From Octopus bimaculoides (Eukaryota): a DNA stretch of 56,482 nucleotides. Shown piece by piece: positions 1 through 15,399 of this stretch. Location: positions 29,527,166 to 29,583,647 of the forward strand of contig NC_068996.1 of NCBI RefSeq assembly GCF_001194135.2, read 5' to 3'. Within the stretch, counting starts at the first letter, position 1. Every line of letters begins with the position of its first letter. The notes under the pieces were generated by a model, which was not told the DNA's origin, made no database searches, and saw only the letters and a list, made by a program, of their open reading frames with translations. The translations under genes and the position numbers were made by a program.

Positions 1-2018
1 TCTCTACCTAAGATAGAAATAAATCTATTAATACTAATATCCTTAAAAATATATAATATATATATATATAGATGATGCTATTGCTAAGCAAGTGATTTGA
101 TCCAAGACTATGTTGAAACTAAAACAATTACAGCATGGAAGACAGGTTTTAGTTATTAAAATGCACAAAAACCGTGAACTTCACTTAGACTATTATTATT
201 TGGAGTCAAAATTTTCGTCTAACAAACTAAAGTCAGGTCGCTGAAACAGCTTTTGGTGTGTGGCAGTAATTGTTCTTCAGTAATGCAGAAAATCTCTCAA
301 TTTCTCTACCTAAGATAGAAATAAATCTATTAATACTAATATCCTTATAAATAACTATCCAAAGTTATTAAATCATTATTTCAGTATTCTAAACTAAGAC
401 CCCAGTATCAATCTGACATTTCTTTTTCTTTTTTTCTTTTCTTTTCTTTTTTTTTTGGTTAACGATGAGAAAAAAAATCTCATGTTTAATAACTTTCTCA
501 CAAGTTATTTAGCTATTTTAATTTAATTAGTTTTAATTTTATTTTTCTGCTTCACAATTTTTTTTATTTTCCTGCAAGAAATCAATAGCCACAATTTTTT
601 AGAAATGTCAAATGTTTAGTTTAGCTCACTGATATATTTTCTGTTTTACAGTTCAGAATTCCAATCAGCACAGTCTAATTCACTGACTAGAAATAAACTT
701 ATCTGCTGAGAAAAATTTCGGAAATGGATTCTTAGTGATTAAAATGTAAAACTTTCAAAAAATATTTTACAAATTTTCAATAAATAAATATGTCATGATG
801 ACACATTTGGTGATACTATTTTGTTATTTAAATTCATTAGGTTAAAATAATGAAACAATACTACGCATCTCCCACTTTATATTATGGATACGAAACCTTT
901 GGTAACTCTATGTCCAAAGTTTAAATTTTTGTTGTTATATATAAATATATATATAAAGGCATGAGAGAGTGTGTGTGTGTGTGTGTATATATTTATATTC
1001 ATATATGTAGTGATCTTTTTTTTTTTTTACATGGAATCACATTTTGTGGACTAAAGCTAAATATTTTTTTATATATTCAGTCACATATTAAGAGTTAATT
1101 ATTTATAGCATGTTTCTAGATATTTTTTCCTCTGCTAGATAATTTAAGATTTACGTATGCTTCAGTTATAAATAACTAGTAAATAACCTCTTCATTTATA
1201 TGCCACTAGGTCCCTTCATGAATCTGAAATATATTACAGAAAGATTTATAGAATGTGTAAGAAACAAATAGTAAAAAGATCCTTATATAAAGTAACCTTC
1301 TTAGATGATGAATTTGATAAAAGCCCTTTCATATCTTAAATTTCTGGGCAGTTAATGTATCAATATCATAACATACTTATTCCAGAGAAAAATCTAAATT
1401 TTAATTCATACTCTATGAAAATTTTTATTTGAACTATAGATATATAAATATTTAGTTGGTAAGAGTAAAACAGTAAATATTTCAATTTTTAGTTTAAGAG
1501 GTTTGTAAATTTTCATAGAATTAAAGATGGCATTATTTACAGCACTACATTACATAACAAATTTTTAAAATAGTGTCTATATGAATTTATTTGATTTTTT
1601 AAAATGTTAAATGATTTTATATAAAGTAACTGAAGAAACTTTGCAAACATTTCAATAAAAGAAAGAGCAATATAAAAGTTTTATTAATTAAATTGGTATT
1701 TGATAATTATCAAAATAAACATTTTGCTTTCCATTTCTTAGAAACAGGCACTCAAAAAAAAGTACCTCCCAGTCATTTCAAATAAGATTATTTTTGTAAA
1801 TTTTTGGTGCTAAATAATAATAATAGTTTCAAATTTTGTTACAAACCAGGCAGTTTTTGAAAAGAGGGGGAAGTTGATTACGTCAGTACTTGACAGGTAC
1901 TTATTTTATTAACCCTAAAAAGGTGAAAGGTAAACCTTGACAGAATAGTAAGACTGGCAAAATGCTGCTAAGTATTTTGTCCAGCATACCAATACTTCTT
2001 TCTGCTAGTGCACTGCCT

Positions 2019-2066
2019 GAAGAAGATGAAGAAGAAGAAGAAGAAGAAGAAGAAGAAGAAGAAGAA
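2019..2066 (+). repeat. (GAA)n microsatellite
   Basis: About 16 units, adjoining the head of a minus-strand SINE fragment. Confidence 0.95.
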
Positions 2067-5000
2067 AACAAGTGTTCATTACATTGAAGGGAAATCACAA
2101 ATTTATTTTCTAAAGAGATAGCAGCATCGACCAAAATGGATTGAATCCTAAAGTTAGCATAGACAAATCTTTATTAAGCAAACCTTTTAAGTATAAATTT
2201 ATTTACCAAAAGGAACAGTTAAACTTCAATGCATTTTTTAACACTAACATTTACTTTTTCAAATTATTTAAAAAAAGAAATAACATAATATTCTCTGGGT
2301 GATCTATTTTAGGGTTGACAAACATTTCTTTGCATATGTTAAAATTCAACTTATCAGATATCATATGTTAGGAACACATGGACACATAAACATAGACATT
2401 CACACATAAAGACAGACAGACAGAGAAAGGAGGGAAAAACAAAAGTTGTTTTTTTTTAAACTATGATTATATCAAGTAAACAAGTGTGAAAATTTTGCTT
2501 ACATCACTTTTTTTATTATTATTATTTGATCTCAAAAGGATGAAAGCTCAACTTTTCCTTTTATTCTTTTGGGATCAATGAAATAAGTACTAGTCAAGTA
2601 CTGAAGTCCATATAATAGACTTAACCTTTCTTCTGGGAGTGCTGGCTTTGTACCAAAATTTGAAACTTGACATCTTAAATTGCAAAACATTCACATGAAG
2701 TTTTTAGTAAAAAAGCTTTTCTCTTTTTTTAATTTAGATAAATTTTCAAAATATATTTTAGAAAAGTTTTCAAATGCAAGTGATTTTTGCAGTTCAGGAA
2801 GAAAATGCATACATGCATGCATACATAATCATAATTATTATCATCATTAAATGATGCATATATATTTATATTTGCATATGTGTTTGTGTTTGGAGGTCTC
2901 TGTAACAATTAAAATAATTAATTAATTCCTAATATTTTTAATGTAAAATTTGTTGAACCTTTATATAAAATAATTTGATACAAAAAAAATCACAGATCAT
3001 GTGTCCATTGCTGCTTTTGTCTCAAGTTGATGCTAATAATATCTAATTTACATTAAATAACTCATCTTCATCATCAGTCTCAACATCATCAATATTATAA
3101 GTATTACCACTACTACTAACACTACCCTCCTCTTCATCATTGCTTCACATGACCAAACCTTTGAAAATATTTATAATCCTATGTTGAAATCAACTCTGTT
3201 TGATATGTTATACTGCTACAAAGTGAAAAGATATGAGCTAGTTACTTACATATACCCTTCTCAAAAAATTTCTATTGCACCCTTCAACTAAAAAGATATC
3301 GTTACCATTAGAAAATTTTTATCAAAAAGTTTTGCTTTCTTTTTCTTCTTTAATAATTCCACACAATTAACCTCCAGTGCTTAACAAAATACTATATTAA
3401 AAACCTGGAAAGATGACAAATTTGATCCTAATTGAAGTTGAGCTCAGAAAAGAAACAGCCAATGCATGACCACTTTCTCCAAAGCTCCAACAATTCCCTC
3501 AGTTCACAACCTTAATGATTATTTTTTATATCATAGTAATGTAATAAAAGATAAACTGCAAAATACTTTGTCAATTATATGATATAGGAAATGTAGTTGT
3601 TCAGGAGCAAGAACCTTCCAAAGAATTATGAGCAGGGATAAAATTATGACAAGAAATACACATTAAAGTTTAATTAAAGGATACCACGCGCACGCACACA
3701 CAGTTTTTTTTCCAACATAGTCTTGATTTTTTAGGAAAATTTAAATCGTAAATCTTTCCGTTGGTATGATTGAAATATACTGAACTGATTTGTAGGTTAT
3801 GTTAACCTAAATATTCTAATATTACAAACTAATTCTCTTTATTTGTGTGTGTGTGTGTGTGTGTGTGTTTGTTTAAATGCGTATGTGCGTGTGTTCACGC
3901 GCGCCTCCCCGTGCGATTGTGCTGATGCAAAAAATAATTGAAAGACTAGAAAATTTATATTCAAAGAGCTGTGAAATAAATAGGTCACTATGACCCGTTT
4001 TCCCTTGTTCTCCAAATTGATTTTATTTATTATCCTTATTTTATTCGTTATTCATTATTTTTTTCCCTTATCTTTAAAATAATATTAACAATGTTATATA
4101 AACTTAAAGAAAAGATTTAATCTTCTTTTTCCATATTATAGTTAAAGATTCTGAAACCTCCTTCAAAATACATAAAGTCAGAATAAAATTTTCAGATAAA
4201 TGAACAAAGACTTTAACTGAATAAATATTCTCTTAATGTATCATGCTACTGCATAGTAATTTGTTTTATCACCTTAATGGGACGGAAAAAAATAGGAATA
4301 TTTATGCCATTTACAAGGATATTCAACAACAATTGTTAAATGATATAGTCTCAACATAGAATCATCTAACTTTTTTTACCTTACTTCATACACTAAAGTA
4401 GACCACACTATTTTCCTTTTCTTATTTTCCTATTTTAATCCCTGAATTTGAAAGTACGAAGAGTTGTTTTTTAGTTAGCAGTTTTGCAAAATTTTTCTTA
4501 ATAATATAGTAGTATATAATATATTTGGTATATCGTAGAAACAATTTAGTAGTATCTATAATTTAAATAACATATACATATTTAGTGTGCTCTAGTAATA
4601 TCTTATAGTATTATATTCAGTTTGTTGCATCCTGAAGTTATAGACCAATAAGACTGAATTGTTTTGATAATTTTAGGAAATAAGATAGCGTGCTACCCTT
4701 TAAAATATGAATAGATATCAGTTTCTAATGCGAAAAAGTCACTTTAAAGAAATACATTCTGCCCGTTTCTGAATTTAAAAAAAATTTATTTTTTATTCTT
4801 TCATGTGATAAGATGTAATGAAAAAAGCTTTATAATCTTTGAATTATAGGCATAAATGTTGTGAAGGAAACTGAAAAATAATATTAAAAAATTATAATTC
4901 TTAGTTCCAAAGCCTATTTTTAAAATATTAAAAAATTAATTATTGTCAATTTTTTCAAGATATATTTTCTCAAAATTAGAAAAATTAAACATGTGACAAA

Positions 5001-6539
5001 ATAAATTAAATACCTTAATGAACAAATAATCAAATATCCAGATATTCATTTTCTCATGAACCAAAAAATAAAAGTTTTTAATCTAGATATCACATTCTAG
5101 GTGTTATTACTCTATTAAAAAGATTCATCTTTAACAATTATTTTTTATGACTTTTGGTAGAATTTTAATATAGTTCTAGTGCTTGAGAACATTATAGAGT
5201 GTATGTAAATAATTGGTGAATGAAAGCTGGCTACCCAATTTCAGTTTCTGATAAAAATTGCTCTAGTTTGTTACAAAATTTTCCTAAAGCCTTTATCATA
5301 AAAAGCATAAAAGAATTTATAAAATATAAATTATTAGGCATTCAGATGTTTAATAAATTATTTCTTTCAAATTCCATAAATCTGAGAAAGTCAGTTATAC
5401 TTGCATTTTATTATTCCAACTTTATTATAACTAAAAGGAATTAGAACTGTTTTTAAATAGAATAATGTTATCAATTAGATATACAAAGACTATGTATATA
5501 TGTAAAAAAAAAAAAAGAGATGATATCAAAAGTAAAATGTTAAAGTATAAATTTGAAAGCTTAGAATACATTTAAATGTGTTTTATATAATTATGTCTTC
5601 AAATTATATTTATAGCCTAACCCACTCACTGGAATTATTTTTAAAAGAATGTAATGTAAAAAATATGATTTGAGAAACAATTTTTTTAAAATAATAATTT
5701 AACAAGTTCCTGGAGAATTTTTCTTATATAAAACTAAATATATTAAATATAAAGTGCTCTAACTATGACAAGAGACAGTCATAGTCAATAGTATTAAGAT
5801 GACAGTCAAAGAAGAATGCACTATGTAAAATTGATAAAATAGAAGTTATAATGTTTCAGATGCAGTCCTTCTTTGAATTCTAGAAGAGACTCCAGGAGAA
5901 AAAGGAAAAGGAAAAAAGTGAAGAAAAAAGATTTAAAAAAACAGAGCTAGGATAAAAAAAAAAACATATGGATTAGGTTCACATGTTCAATGTACAAATA
6001 CACACACATTTATTCCTGCTCTTTATTCTCTGTGTTCAAATGCTGTCTTAAGCCAAAAAAACATATTAGGCAAGATTTCTGAAGCATAAAAATTCTTTTT
6101 CTTTTTAAGTGGTTTCAGTCATTTCAGTTGCCTGCTAGTAATTTTCATAATTTATATTGACCTCGGTATTTTGAACTGGTACTTATTTTATTGATTTATA
6201 TTTTATCAAAATGCTAAGTTACCTGTTTGGCACAACAAAATTTTCTAACTGGAGGTTGTTTTGAACGCATAAATACAAACACTAAAGACACCCTTCTTAA
6301 CAATATCTCATTTTGATGATGATCCTCGTCATTTTAACATCCACTTTTCCATGTTCACATGGGTTGGACAGAATTTGTTGAGGCAAATTTTCTACATTCA
6401 GATGTTCTTCTTGTCACCAACTCTCACCTGATTCCAAATAATTTGATATTTTTTCATGTTTCATGTTTTCACAGAACATTGGTAATGAAGGACACTGCAT
6501 GTATGATTGTGAAACTTGTCTACAAGTATTACAGTCTGT

Positions 6540-6680
6540 CAAAACAAAGATACACACACATTTATGCCCCCACCCAACCCAACTCCATACACATGAGGAC
6601 ACTTGCTCAAGGTGCTGTGCGGTGGAATTGAATCCAAAACCATGTGGTTGGGAAGCAAACTTTATAATCACTCAGCAACA
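6540..6680 (-). mobile_element. Degenerate CORE-like SINE head; similar fragments at about 8980-9135, 12900-13070, 20745-21130 and 23165-23240
   Basis: acacttgctcaaggtgctgtgcggtggaattgaatcc..accatgtggttg is the reverse complement of the SINE head. Confidence 0.65.
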
Positions 6681-6721
6681 CTTGTGTGTGCATGCACATG
6701 TGTGTAGATGTATGTATGTAA

Positions 6722-6765
<44 letters not shown>

Positions 6766-7080
6766 ACACACAAATGTGTATGTATATATGTGTGACAATG
6801 GTTTTTCCTTCATGACTGCATTTTGATTTAAATTTGATATAAATTTGTAGCTTTCCTTTTTCTTTTTATAAGAGATAGCTTGAAAGAGGTTCATAGATGT
6901 TATATGTACCCTACTTTAATGATATTGTCTTGATTTTTAAAAAAGCGTGCTCTTGTGTAAGTATGAAGAATTACCTCTAATATGTATTTCCACTCTATGT
7001 ATTGAGTGCTTAGCTTTAAATTATGGTTCTCCTAGTTTGTTGTTGGCTTTTTAGATAGGAATAAAATAAATTAATATATA

Positions 7081-7254
7081 CTTTATTTACTCGTGTAATC
7101 TCATTATTTCATAATTGATTTTGACTGAAAAACTGGAGTGTACTTATACATGGGGCAAAGCTAACGCTATGTAGGGAAAAATTTTTTGTACCAAGATTTA
7201 ATGCTAAAGAGTGCAACTTACACATGAATGTGACTTATACACAAGTAAATACAG
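7081..7254. mobile_element. Pogo/Tigger-like MITE
   Basis: Imperfect TIRs: ctttatttactcgtgta versus tacacaagtaaatacag. The left end is preceded by TA. Confidence 0.55.
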
Positions 7255-7261
7255 TGAATCC

Positions 7262-7440
7262 AGGTAAAAAAAAGTCACAGGAAAAATTCACGGAAAAAAA
7301 GTCACAGGGGTTTTGTGAGAGGGTGTCCAAGGGGATTTTGTCCTAGGGGTGTTTTATCTGGACCCCATAGATTAATTGTGACTTTTTTTTCCTAGCCAAA
7401 ATTTTGACATTATTACTGTGAATTTTTTTCCTGTTACCAA
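7262..7440. mobile_element. Small palindromic MITE-like element
   Basis: ggtaaaaaaaagtcacaggaaaaattcac.. at the left versus gtgactttttttcc..gtgaatttttttcctgttacc at the right (repeated inverted units). Confidence 0.5.
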
Positions 7441-8260
7441 TACAGTATATTAAATTAATCCAGTTTCAATTAATCTCAACAGCTTTGAATGAAATAAGAA
7501 GAGAGCCATCATATTACTTTCAAATACGCTAGCATATAAAGATAATAAACTGAAACTATAGTTCAGATTATATAATCTCCCCATAGATTAACATATATAC
7601 AACTCAGTTTACTTCCAACATAAAGTTATATTGAAAACTTTTGTTTTGTACCACATAAACAAAACACTTGCACACACACACACACATGCTTGGTCTATGT
7701 ATGTTGTATGATGATCAGACACAAATCTATATACAGTCAATATGTATGTAAACATTTCTAGATAATCCACTCCTAAACATAGCGTGTTTATCAAGAATAC
7801 AGAAAGCAAATATATAAATGTTGAGGAAGGGAGACTGGTATTTTCTGGGTCTTTCCAATGTAACTTGCCCATACACCTGGTTGGATTTGGGGGATTTTCA
7901 GTTTAATGAATACTCTACATTACACTTTTTTTTTTCGTAATTGATTACTAAGTGGGCTACTAACAAGTCCATGAAAGGAGTTTTCTATGATAGCTGCACA
8001 ATTTTCTTAATCTGCATCTTATACTACTCAAATGAATACACTTAAATACACACACAATGTCATTTTTGCATGCTTGCATGGCTGAGACAAATATGTTACA
8101 GGACATTGTTTAACAAGCTGGATGCCCTTCTTGTTACTAACCCTTATCTCTTTTTCAAATAAGGGATCTTGTATTTCACACAGCTTCAAATGTATGAAGT
8201 AGGTAGATGATCTATTGACAGAAGAACTGACAAATACTGCATTAACCATACTTATAATTA

Positions 8261-8294
<34 letters not shown>

Positions 8295-10270
8295 CATACA
8301 TACATACATACATACATGCATGCATGATTGCTCCATCTTCACAGATAATTGTCATCTTGTACTCCTTCATTGTCAATGGCATTTCTGACTTACTGTCCAT
8401 GGCCTTTCAGATGAGTACTCAGTTCCATTACAGATTTCCATGGTCCAAATCATAGGTGACGGACAAAACTTGTAACTTACTGCATGCTTCCAACTGGTTA
8501 ACTCTGCACATATCGCCACTTTTCCATAGGAGTTTCAGTTGATGGAATGACAAACGAGGTCACCATAAAAAGACATCTGTACATCATTGGATTATAGAGA
8601 TAAATACTTGTACAACACAAGTACTACTCTACGAGTTGCTTTGATTAGTACCCAGTGACAGGCCAAAGCGAGATGACCAGTAATCACTTGAAAATGCAAA
8701 TTTTACATTAGAGTGTTCCTCTCCTAGTAGGATGTTGAGATAACAGCTAGTGGTCTCTTACTCCCAGTGGTTTTACTGCTACCTCTTTCATTAGCAAAGG
8801 ATATTCTTGCATACCTATGCTCACAAGGATTGTCATCAAATATGCTAGTTAACCCATAGCTGGGACCCAGACAGGTGCTACTAGTCTGAACCCACAATCC
8901 AGAGAACCCGAAATGGATGCAGTTTAAAGTTATACGTAGTACTCATACATACATACATACATACATACATACATACATAAAATTACACACACACACAACT
9001 GCCTTCTTTCAGTTTCTGCCGTCCTAAAAGACTTTAGTTGTCCAGAAGACAATAGAAGACACCTGCCCTAGATGCCATGCAGCAGGACTGATTTTCAGAT
9101 CACCCAGTTAGGAAGTGACCTTCTTAACCAGCACAGCTATGCCTTATATATATATGTGCACACATGGATGTTAAGTAAAACACATGGTGGAAAAAACATT
9201 GAAATATGCAATGAAATAACAAAAATAGAAGAATGTACAAGGAAAATAAATGTGTGAATGAAAAAATGGTTAGGTACATTCTCAAAGAGAATGTAAAGGA
9301 ATAAGAGTTGTAAGAGAAAAAGAAATAGAAGCACTACTAAATTGTCAATGTCTGCTTACATTGCAAGCTGTACACTAAATTTGCAATATAAATGAATGTC
9401 AAAATATGGTATCATTTCTGTTTCTTTTCTTTCACCTCCTTTATATGTTTCCCTTTCTTTCATTGGCATATTTATTTTCATTGCACACATTTTTTTATTC
9501 TTATTTTGTTTCATTTTTCTAGTTTCCCCACCATAATGTTTATATGTCTAACTTCATATATTGTTTATTTAATTATTTCTCATTTTCTTACTAGTTTTTT
9601 GTGTATCATCTATCTGTCTGTCTGTCAATCAATCAATTAATAGAAATATCTACAGATGTTAGAGCTCAATTTTCTATAGTAAAAGCATATGTAATATCAT
9701 TCTATGATATTGCATGGAATTTATAATTGGTTATGATGAATGTTTAGAGTGATATATAAGAAGAAATAGAATAGCAATATCATTGATATTCAGTTTTAAA
9801 ATATTGATATTTTAAATCTATATTTAAATCTTCTACAGCTGTTTCTATAACAATCGGCAATGTTATTATTAATGATAAAAGCAAGTTATATGACATAATT
9901 ATCAATAAACAATGATATTATATAACATTATTATTAATGATTAACAATTGTTATTACAGTCACATGATTTGAATAATAATAAAATGTGGTTGTAACTACA
10001 TGAGAGCTATTTCATTATTATGCACATTATGAGGGTATAATAATGATTGTTAATTGTTAATAATTATGTTATATTACTATTAACAATTATTGAGAATTAT
10101 GTTATATAATTTGCAGTTATTATTTATAATTAAATTGTTGCATTTATTCATGATTGCATATTGAAACAGGTGTAGAAGTTTTAAATGAATTTTTTATATA
10201 TCAGTAATATTGTTTTTCTATTCTTTTTTATCTCTCTCTCTCTCTCTCTGTATATATATATATATATATA

Positions 10271-10433
10271 TCATCATCATCATCATCATCATCATCATCG
10301 TTTAACGTCCGCTTTCCATGCTAGCATGGGTTGGATGATTTGACTGAGGACTGGTGTACCAGATGGCTACACCAGGCTCCAATCTAATTTGGCAGAGTTT
10401 CTACAGCTGGATGCCCTTCCTAATGCCAACCAT
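10271..10433 (-). mobile_element. RTE 3' tail, 5'-truncated copy
   Basis: Reverse complement of the RTE 3' end, including the (GAT)n tail and the aagggcatccagctgtagaaact motif. Confidence 0.85.
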
Positions 10434-13409
10434 TTGAAGATGCAGATGCATTCAGCACCTATGATACTTTAAGTAATGTGAAACTGAGTCAAACTGTTGT
10501 GAAATACTTCAAGTAAATATGTTGAATGCTACTTTCTTTTTTTCACCCACTCATGATGATGATGAGGAGGATCATTGTCATCATCACTGTCACTACCACC
10601 ATCACCATTGCCATTATTGTCATCATAATCTGTCATTTTACATCTTCCTGCCATGTTGGCTTGGGTTGGATGGCTTGTCAGGATCCAGCATGTTGGATGA
10701 CCAACATTATGTTCCAAAGTCTCGCTTTTGACATGGTTTTTATGCCTGGATATTCTCCTCACATCAATCACTTTACAGAGTGCACTAGATGTATTCTTAA
10801 TGCACCCAACACAAATGAGGTTATCTTGTAACAAGCATGATGAAAGAACTGCTTCACTTGTTTTAAGCTCTCTTTTTATGGACATAATTTTTCATAAATC
10901 TTCATAACCCTTCTCTTAGCTTTGGCAAAACAATGTGATGAAATCTTCAGTTCTCAGATTTTTTTTTGCTGTGCATGTTGTCCCAAGAGTAATCAGATAT
11001 TGATTTTGATCAGCAGTAACTAGTAGATCATTGCACACACAGTCTGGAGTCCCTCACAAAAAAAAAAAAAATGATATTAGGAATGTGAATGTTATTCAAG
11101 AAGCTTTTTGAATTGCAAACTATATTATTGTTTCCTCTTTTTTTACCTGCTTAATAGCAAATTCATTGGAAGAATTGAAACATTTTTATATTGTTCTTCT
11201 TACAATTACTTGTGTTGGTCTGCAGCTTGTTACCCCAATAGTTATACATTTGATTTTTGCTTATATTTCTATTGAGATTCATACAAGCACATCTTTGAAA
11301 TGAATCAAAAGAATGGAATGGTTCTTCAGTTTTTATAGACACTTATAGATAAGTGATTAATAATTTGTGAAGCACTTATAGCAACATAGGATTTGAAATC
11401 ATTATCATGAAGATCTTCTGCATCATATTACTATCACAGATAGATTCAATTAAAAAATATATATAAATGATACTATTTCTGCTTCTTTAGTGGAACTGTT
11501 CCTTTATACAGTTCAGTAAATTTAATCTGTTAAGGCATCTACATATTAAATTAATGAATCAGGTTACAAATAAACTTTTCACTCTGTATTCAGTGTTACA
11601 AATATATATCATTTATGCAACATTGTCATCATGCCTCACTATCACCCCTCAGTACTTTATTAGGTCATTCACCCTGCAAAATTAAAGCAGAAAAATCTCT
11701 CTCAAATAACATGCTATTATCCATAAAAGGGACACATTTCTTAATGTAGTTCTTGATACAGTTTGTTTGAAAAAGATGAGATGGTTACAGATGGGATCCC
11801 TTTGATTTTCTCAAACAATACGCTCTCTAATTTACTCAACTATCCCACACACTAACTTGGACCTAAGCTACAATGATCATCACTAAAATCATGTCATTAA
11901 TATCAGTTATAAAGCCCACTCTTGCAATCACATTTTTGGTGTGTATCATTATCAACAACAACATTTGTATGGATATTTTTAATTGCCTTTTGAGTGATCT
12001 TTCTGATTTCAAATGTTTTTGCTCAATCAGCCGCTTATTACATGTCCTTGCTATTTTGATTCATCTAATTTATTATATCTACTCCTGTGCCCATCCTATG
12101 ATTATAATATTTCAATCAAACCCAATTATAGTTACATCAATCACCATCAGATATTCATATCTTTAAATTTAATTATCTACTGTCATCACATAGCCATACC
12201 ACTGCCACAGGTAGCACATCATGGGTTCTCAGCAGTCAGGAGTAAAGACATTTTTGATGCTCCTATCTTAATTAACAGGCCAGAGGAAATTTTGAACTTC
12301 TGTACATCTGCATCCAAGAGTGACTGATCCTTTGCACCCCTGTTTGCTCTGGTCATGACACATCACTATTTTCTATTACATGGCTATACCACCATAATCT
12401 ACTTCTGTACCTAGCTACTTCACACATAACCACATAACAGTGACTTCACACTTAAAATACTATTGCAGCAACATACAAGGGTATAATAGAGAATATAATG
12501 CTTGATGTCTAAATTATTTCAAATGCAAAGTTACATACCTGTGTGCTGTATTTTATATTGAGAGCAAACAAGTGCACAAGCCATGATGTTTTTGAGAGAT
12601 ATTTTTGCTTTCCTGAATAATTTGGGGCTATATATTTAGAAATAATAAGATTCCCAAAGCATTAATGCTACAATAACAACAAATACTCATTAGTGTGTAA
12701 TCACTAAATATCTCAGTGTAAGATATATCGAAATGCTGATATGTGAAAGCTACTGCTCAATTTGCATGCAACTGAAAGAAAATTAAAGTTTACATGCACA
12801 CACACACATAAACACACACACATATACATACGCATACAAACGAGAGGTTGTATTGTAAACATATGACATTCTAAGTTAAAAAAGTGCACAAACAAATGTG
12901 TGTTATTGGTTTTGCACAGTTTCCTCTCAGTTGAATTCTACTCACAAGGTATTGGACAATTTGAGGCCAATGCTCAATACTTTGCAAGTGGAGAGAAGAC
13001 ATTTGCCTAAAGTATCATGTAGTGGGACTGAACTTGGAGACACATAGTTATAAAGTGAACTTAATAACCAGTACTTTGTTACATGAAGATGTGGACTTGG
13101 ATCCACATATCTTTACTATTCAAAAGATAGTGAAACAAAGTACAAAATTTCAATGACCATCTATCTATGCACAACTAAATGTATAGCAGTCTAGAGAGAT
13201 GCCTAACATTCTAAATCTTTACTTTCTTTGGATAACATTTAGAAATACAAGGTAGCCATTCTGTCTCGGCCTAACTTTAAATTCCCCACCTTTTTAACCC
13301 TCGTGATAAACTCAAACTAAACTGATGTACAACACAACTTACAATAACTTATTCCATGCAATCTTCCAAGGGATGGAATTATAGTAGAAGTACTTGGTTA
13401 AGAGTAAAT

Positions 13410-14260
13410 CATGATACCAAGCTTTTGTTGACTTGAAGAAGACTTTTAACAGGGAACCTTGTTCAGTATATTGGTTATCCATATGGAAGTTAGGTGTAGA
13501 TGAATCACTTGTGAGGGCTTCACATACAGTGTACAAAGAATTAATAAATATGGTGAAGGACCACAATGAGTGCAGCAATGAATTCAGCATGAAGGTAGGG
13601 ATCCTTCAAAAGTCAATCATCAGCCCTCTTCTATTCATCATGGAATTAAAGAACATCACTGCTGAGATTAAAACCAGCTTTCTGTGAGAATTCCAATCTG
13701 CTGATGGAATTAGAGAGGAAATTGCAGGTATGAAAGCTAAATCTAGAATTGAGAGACTGCAAAGAAACTTAACAAGGATTAAGGTATTAGTAAGTAGTTA
13801 AAAAGAAAGAACCCCCAACATCATTAGAAAAATGGCTTAGCTTGACATGTAGGAAAGAAACAGATATAAACTTCATTTACTGTATCCATTAAGCAATACA
13901 CATACAAGAGATGCGGAAGCACAGATAGGCTAACAGAGAAAATAAACTTTGTATGAGGTAGATGCTCTGGAGCAATACATACTACAAGCACACTGGAAAT
14001 AGATTCTCTTAAATGCTTGAATAGTTTATTAGATGTAGTTGATATCTTTTGTTACTAGGTGAATAATCAGCAGGGGCGGAGGTTGTTCAGAAATTATAGT
14101 TACCTGAGTAAGAACAAACAGATTGGTAAAAGTTCAAAGAGCTATTGTCACAGCTGGCAACAAAGGTCTTTTTTCAAACAGTGAAGAGAAAATTATGTGA
14201 TGCTTATGTTAGAACTGTACTATTGCAAGGAAGTGAGACATGAGTCTTGAATGCAGAAGA
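13410..14260 (+). mobile_element. Old RTE LINE reverse transcriptase fragment
   Basis: Degenerate AFVDLKKTFNREP..WKLGVDESLVRA..VGILQKSIISPLLFI, corresponding to the RTE RT core. Many stops and frameshifts. Confidence 0.75.
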
Positions 14261-15399
14261 CTTGTAAAAACAAAAAAATAATTGAAGCCAATATGCCCTG
14301 ATTGAAGCCAATCTTAGTGTGCAGATGAACTAAGAGAGAAAAAAACTGGGTGTAAGAAGAATCAGGCATAGTTGTGCAAGAGGAGGCTGCACTGGTACAG
14401 ATATGTGATCTTTATGGAGGTTAACCACTGCAAAAGATAGCGTTGAGCACTCCAAATTGATGGAATAAGTGGACAAGGGAAGCCAAAGAAGACATAAAAC
14501 AAAGTAGGTAAGGCTAATCTGAAGATGTTGCATCTCATGAACGACATGGCAAGAGATTGTATTGATTGGGGATAATTGGTGCTACAGAAAACCCATTTAT
14601 CCATGGAAAATGTATCCTGATACAAGGATAGTGTTTAGAAGCTTACATCTTGTTCCTTGCTAAGCCTAACAAGCTACTCCTTCATTTTGCATTCTCATCC
14701 CTCTTTCATATACTCCTCCACTCCATAATTTCTATCTCTTCATCACCATTTGCACAGACTGCACCATTCACACCATCCTTGCCCTTCTCTTGGCCTACAT
14801 ATAAGAAGCTGCTTGAACTACCCAAAACATCATAGTTTTGCCATACTGTACTACCAACAGCACAACATCATTCTTATCTTGTTCATCTCTAGTATTGCTA
14901 ATCACTCCTCTACCAGTTCTACACCCAAATATCTACAGATTTTCCCAACATACTCTTACCCTCCACCCTTTTATCCATTCTGGTCCTTCTGGTGCCTTGC
15001 TCTCTTTTCCCCCTCTTCTAGGTCACCTGAGCAAATTCATATGCTATTGAGTACTCTCTACACTTATACTTCCATTCTCCATCTCAACCACCCATTTGGA
15101 CCTTTCTTTTGTTATTGCTCCCTCTCCTGGATCTACTTGCTTTAGGTTGCTGAGCACTATAGTATTGGTACCATGAGAAAATGTATTCAGTACAATTTGT
15201 AAAGTTGTTAATGATTTAAAGGGCATCCAACCATAGAAACCAAGCCAAATAACACATATGAGCACCAGCTTTTAGTTGCCAATAAAAAATAATTCACATG
15301 GCGATGACATGTCAACTGGTGTGTGTGTGTGATTTTCTTGGGGGATGGACAGTTCCCATGGCTTTTGTTGACCAGTTACTGGTTACTATTAGTATTCTT

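Noticed and set aside
1901-2134. Poly-Ser ORF
   Set aside because: A (GAA)n microsatellite plus a SINE fragment.
8028-8342. 104-aa minus-strand ORF that looks protein-like
   Set aside because: It is built from a (TACA)n microsatellite plus a degenerate repeat with the RTE tail motif aagggcatccagct; not a host exon.
8350-8930. Possible 5' end of an old RTE on the minus strand
   Set aside because: Only faint motif resemblance; too degenerate to call by eye.
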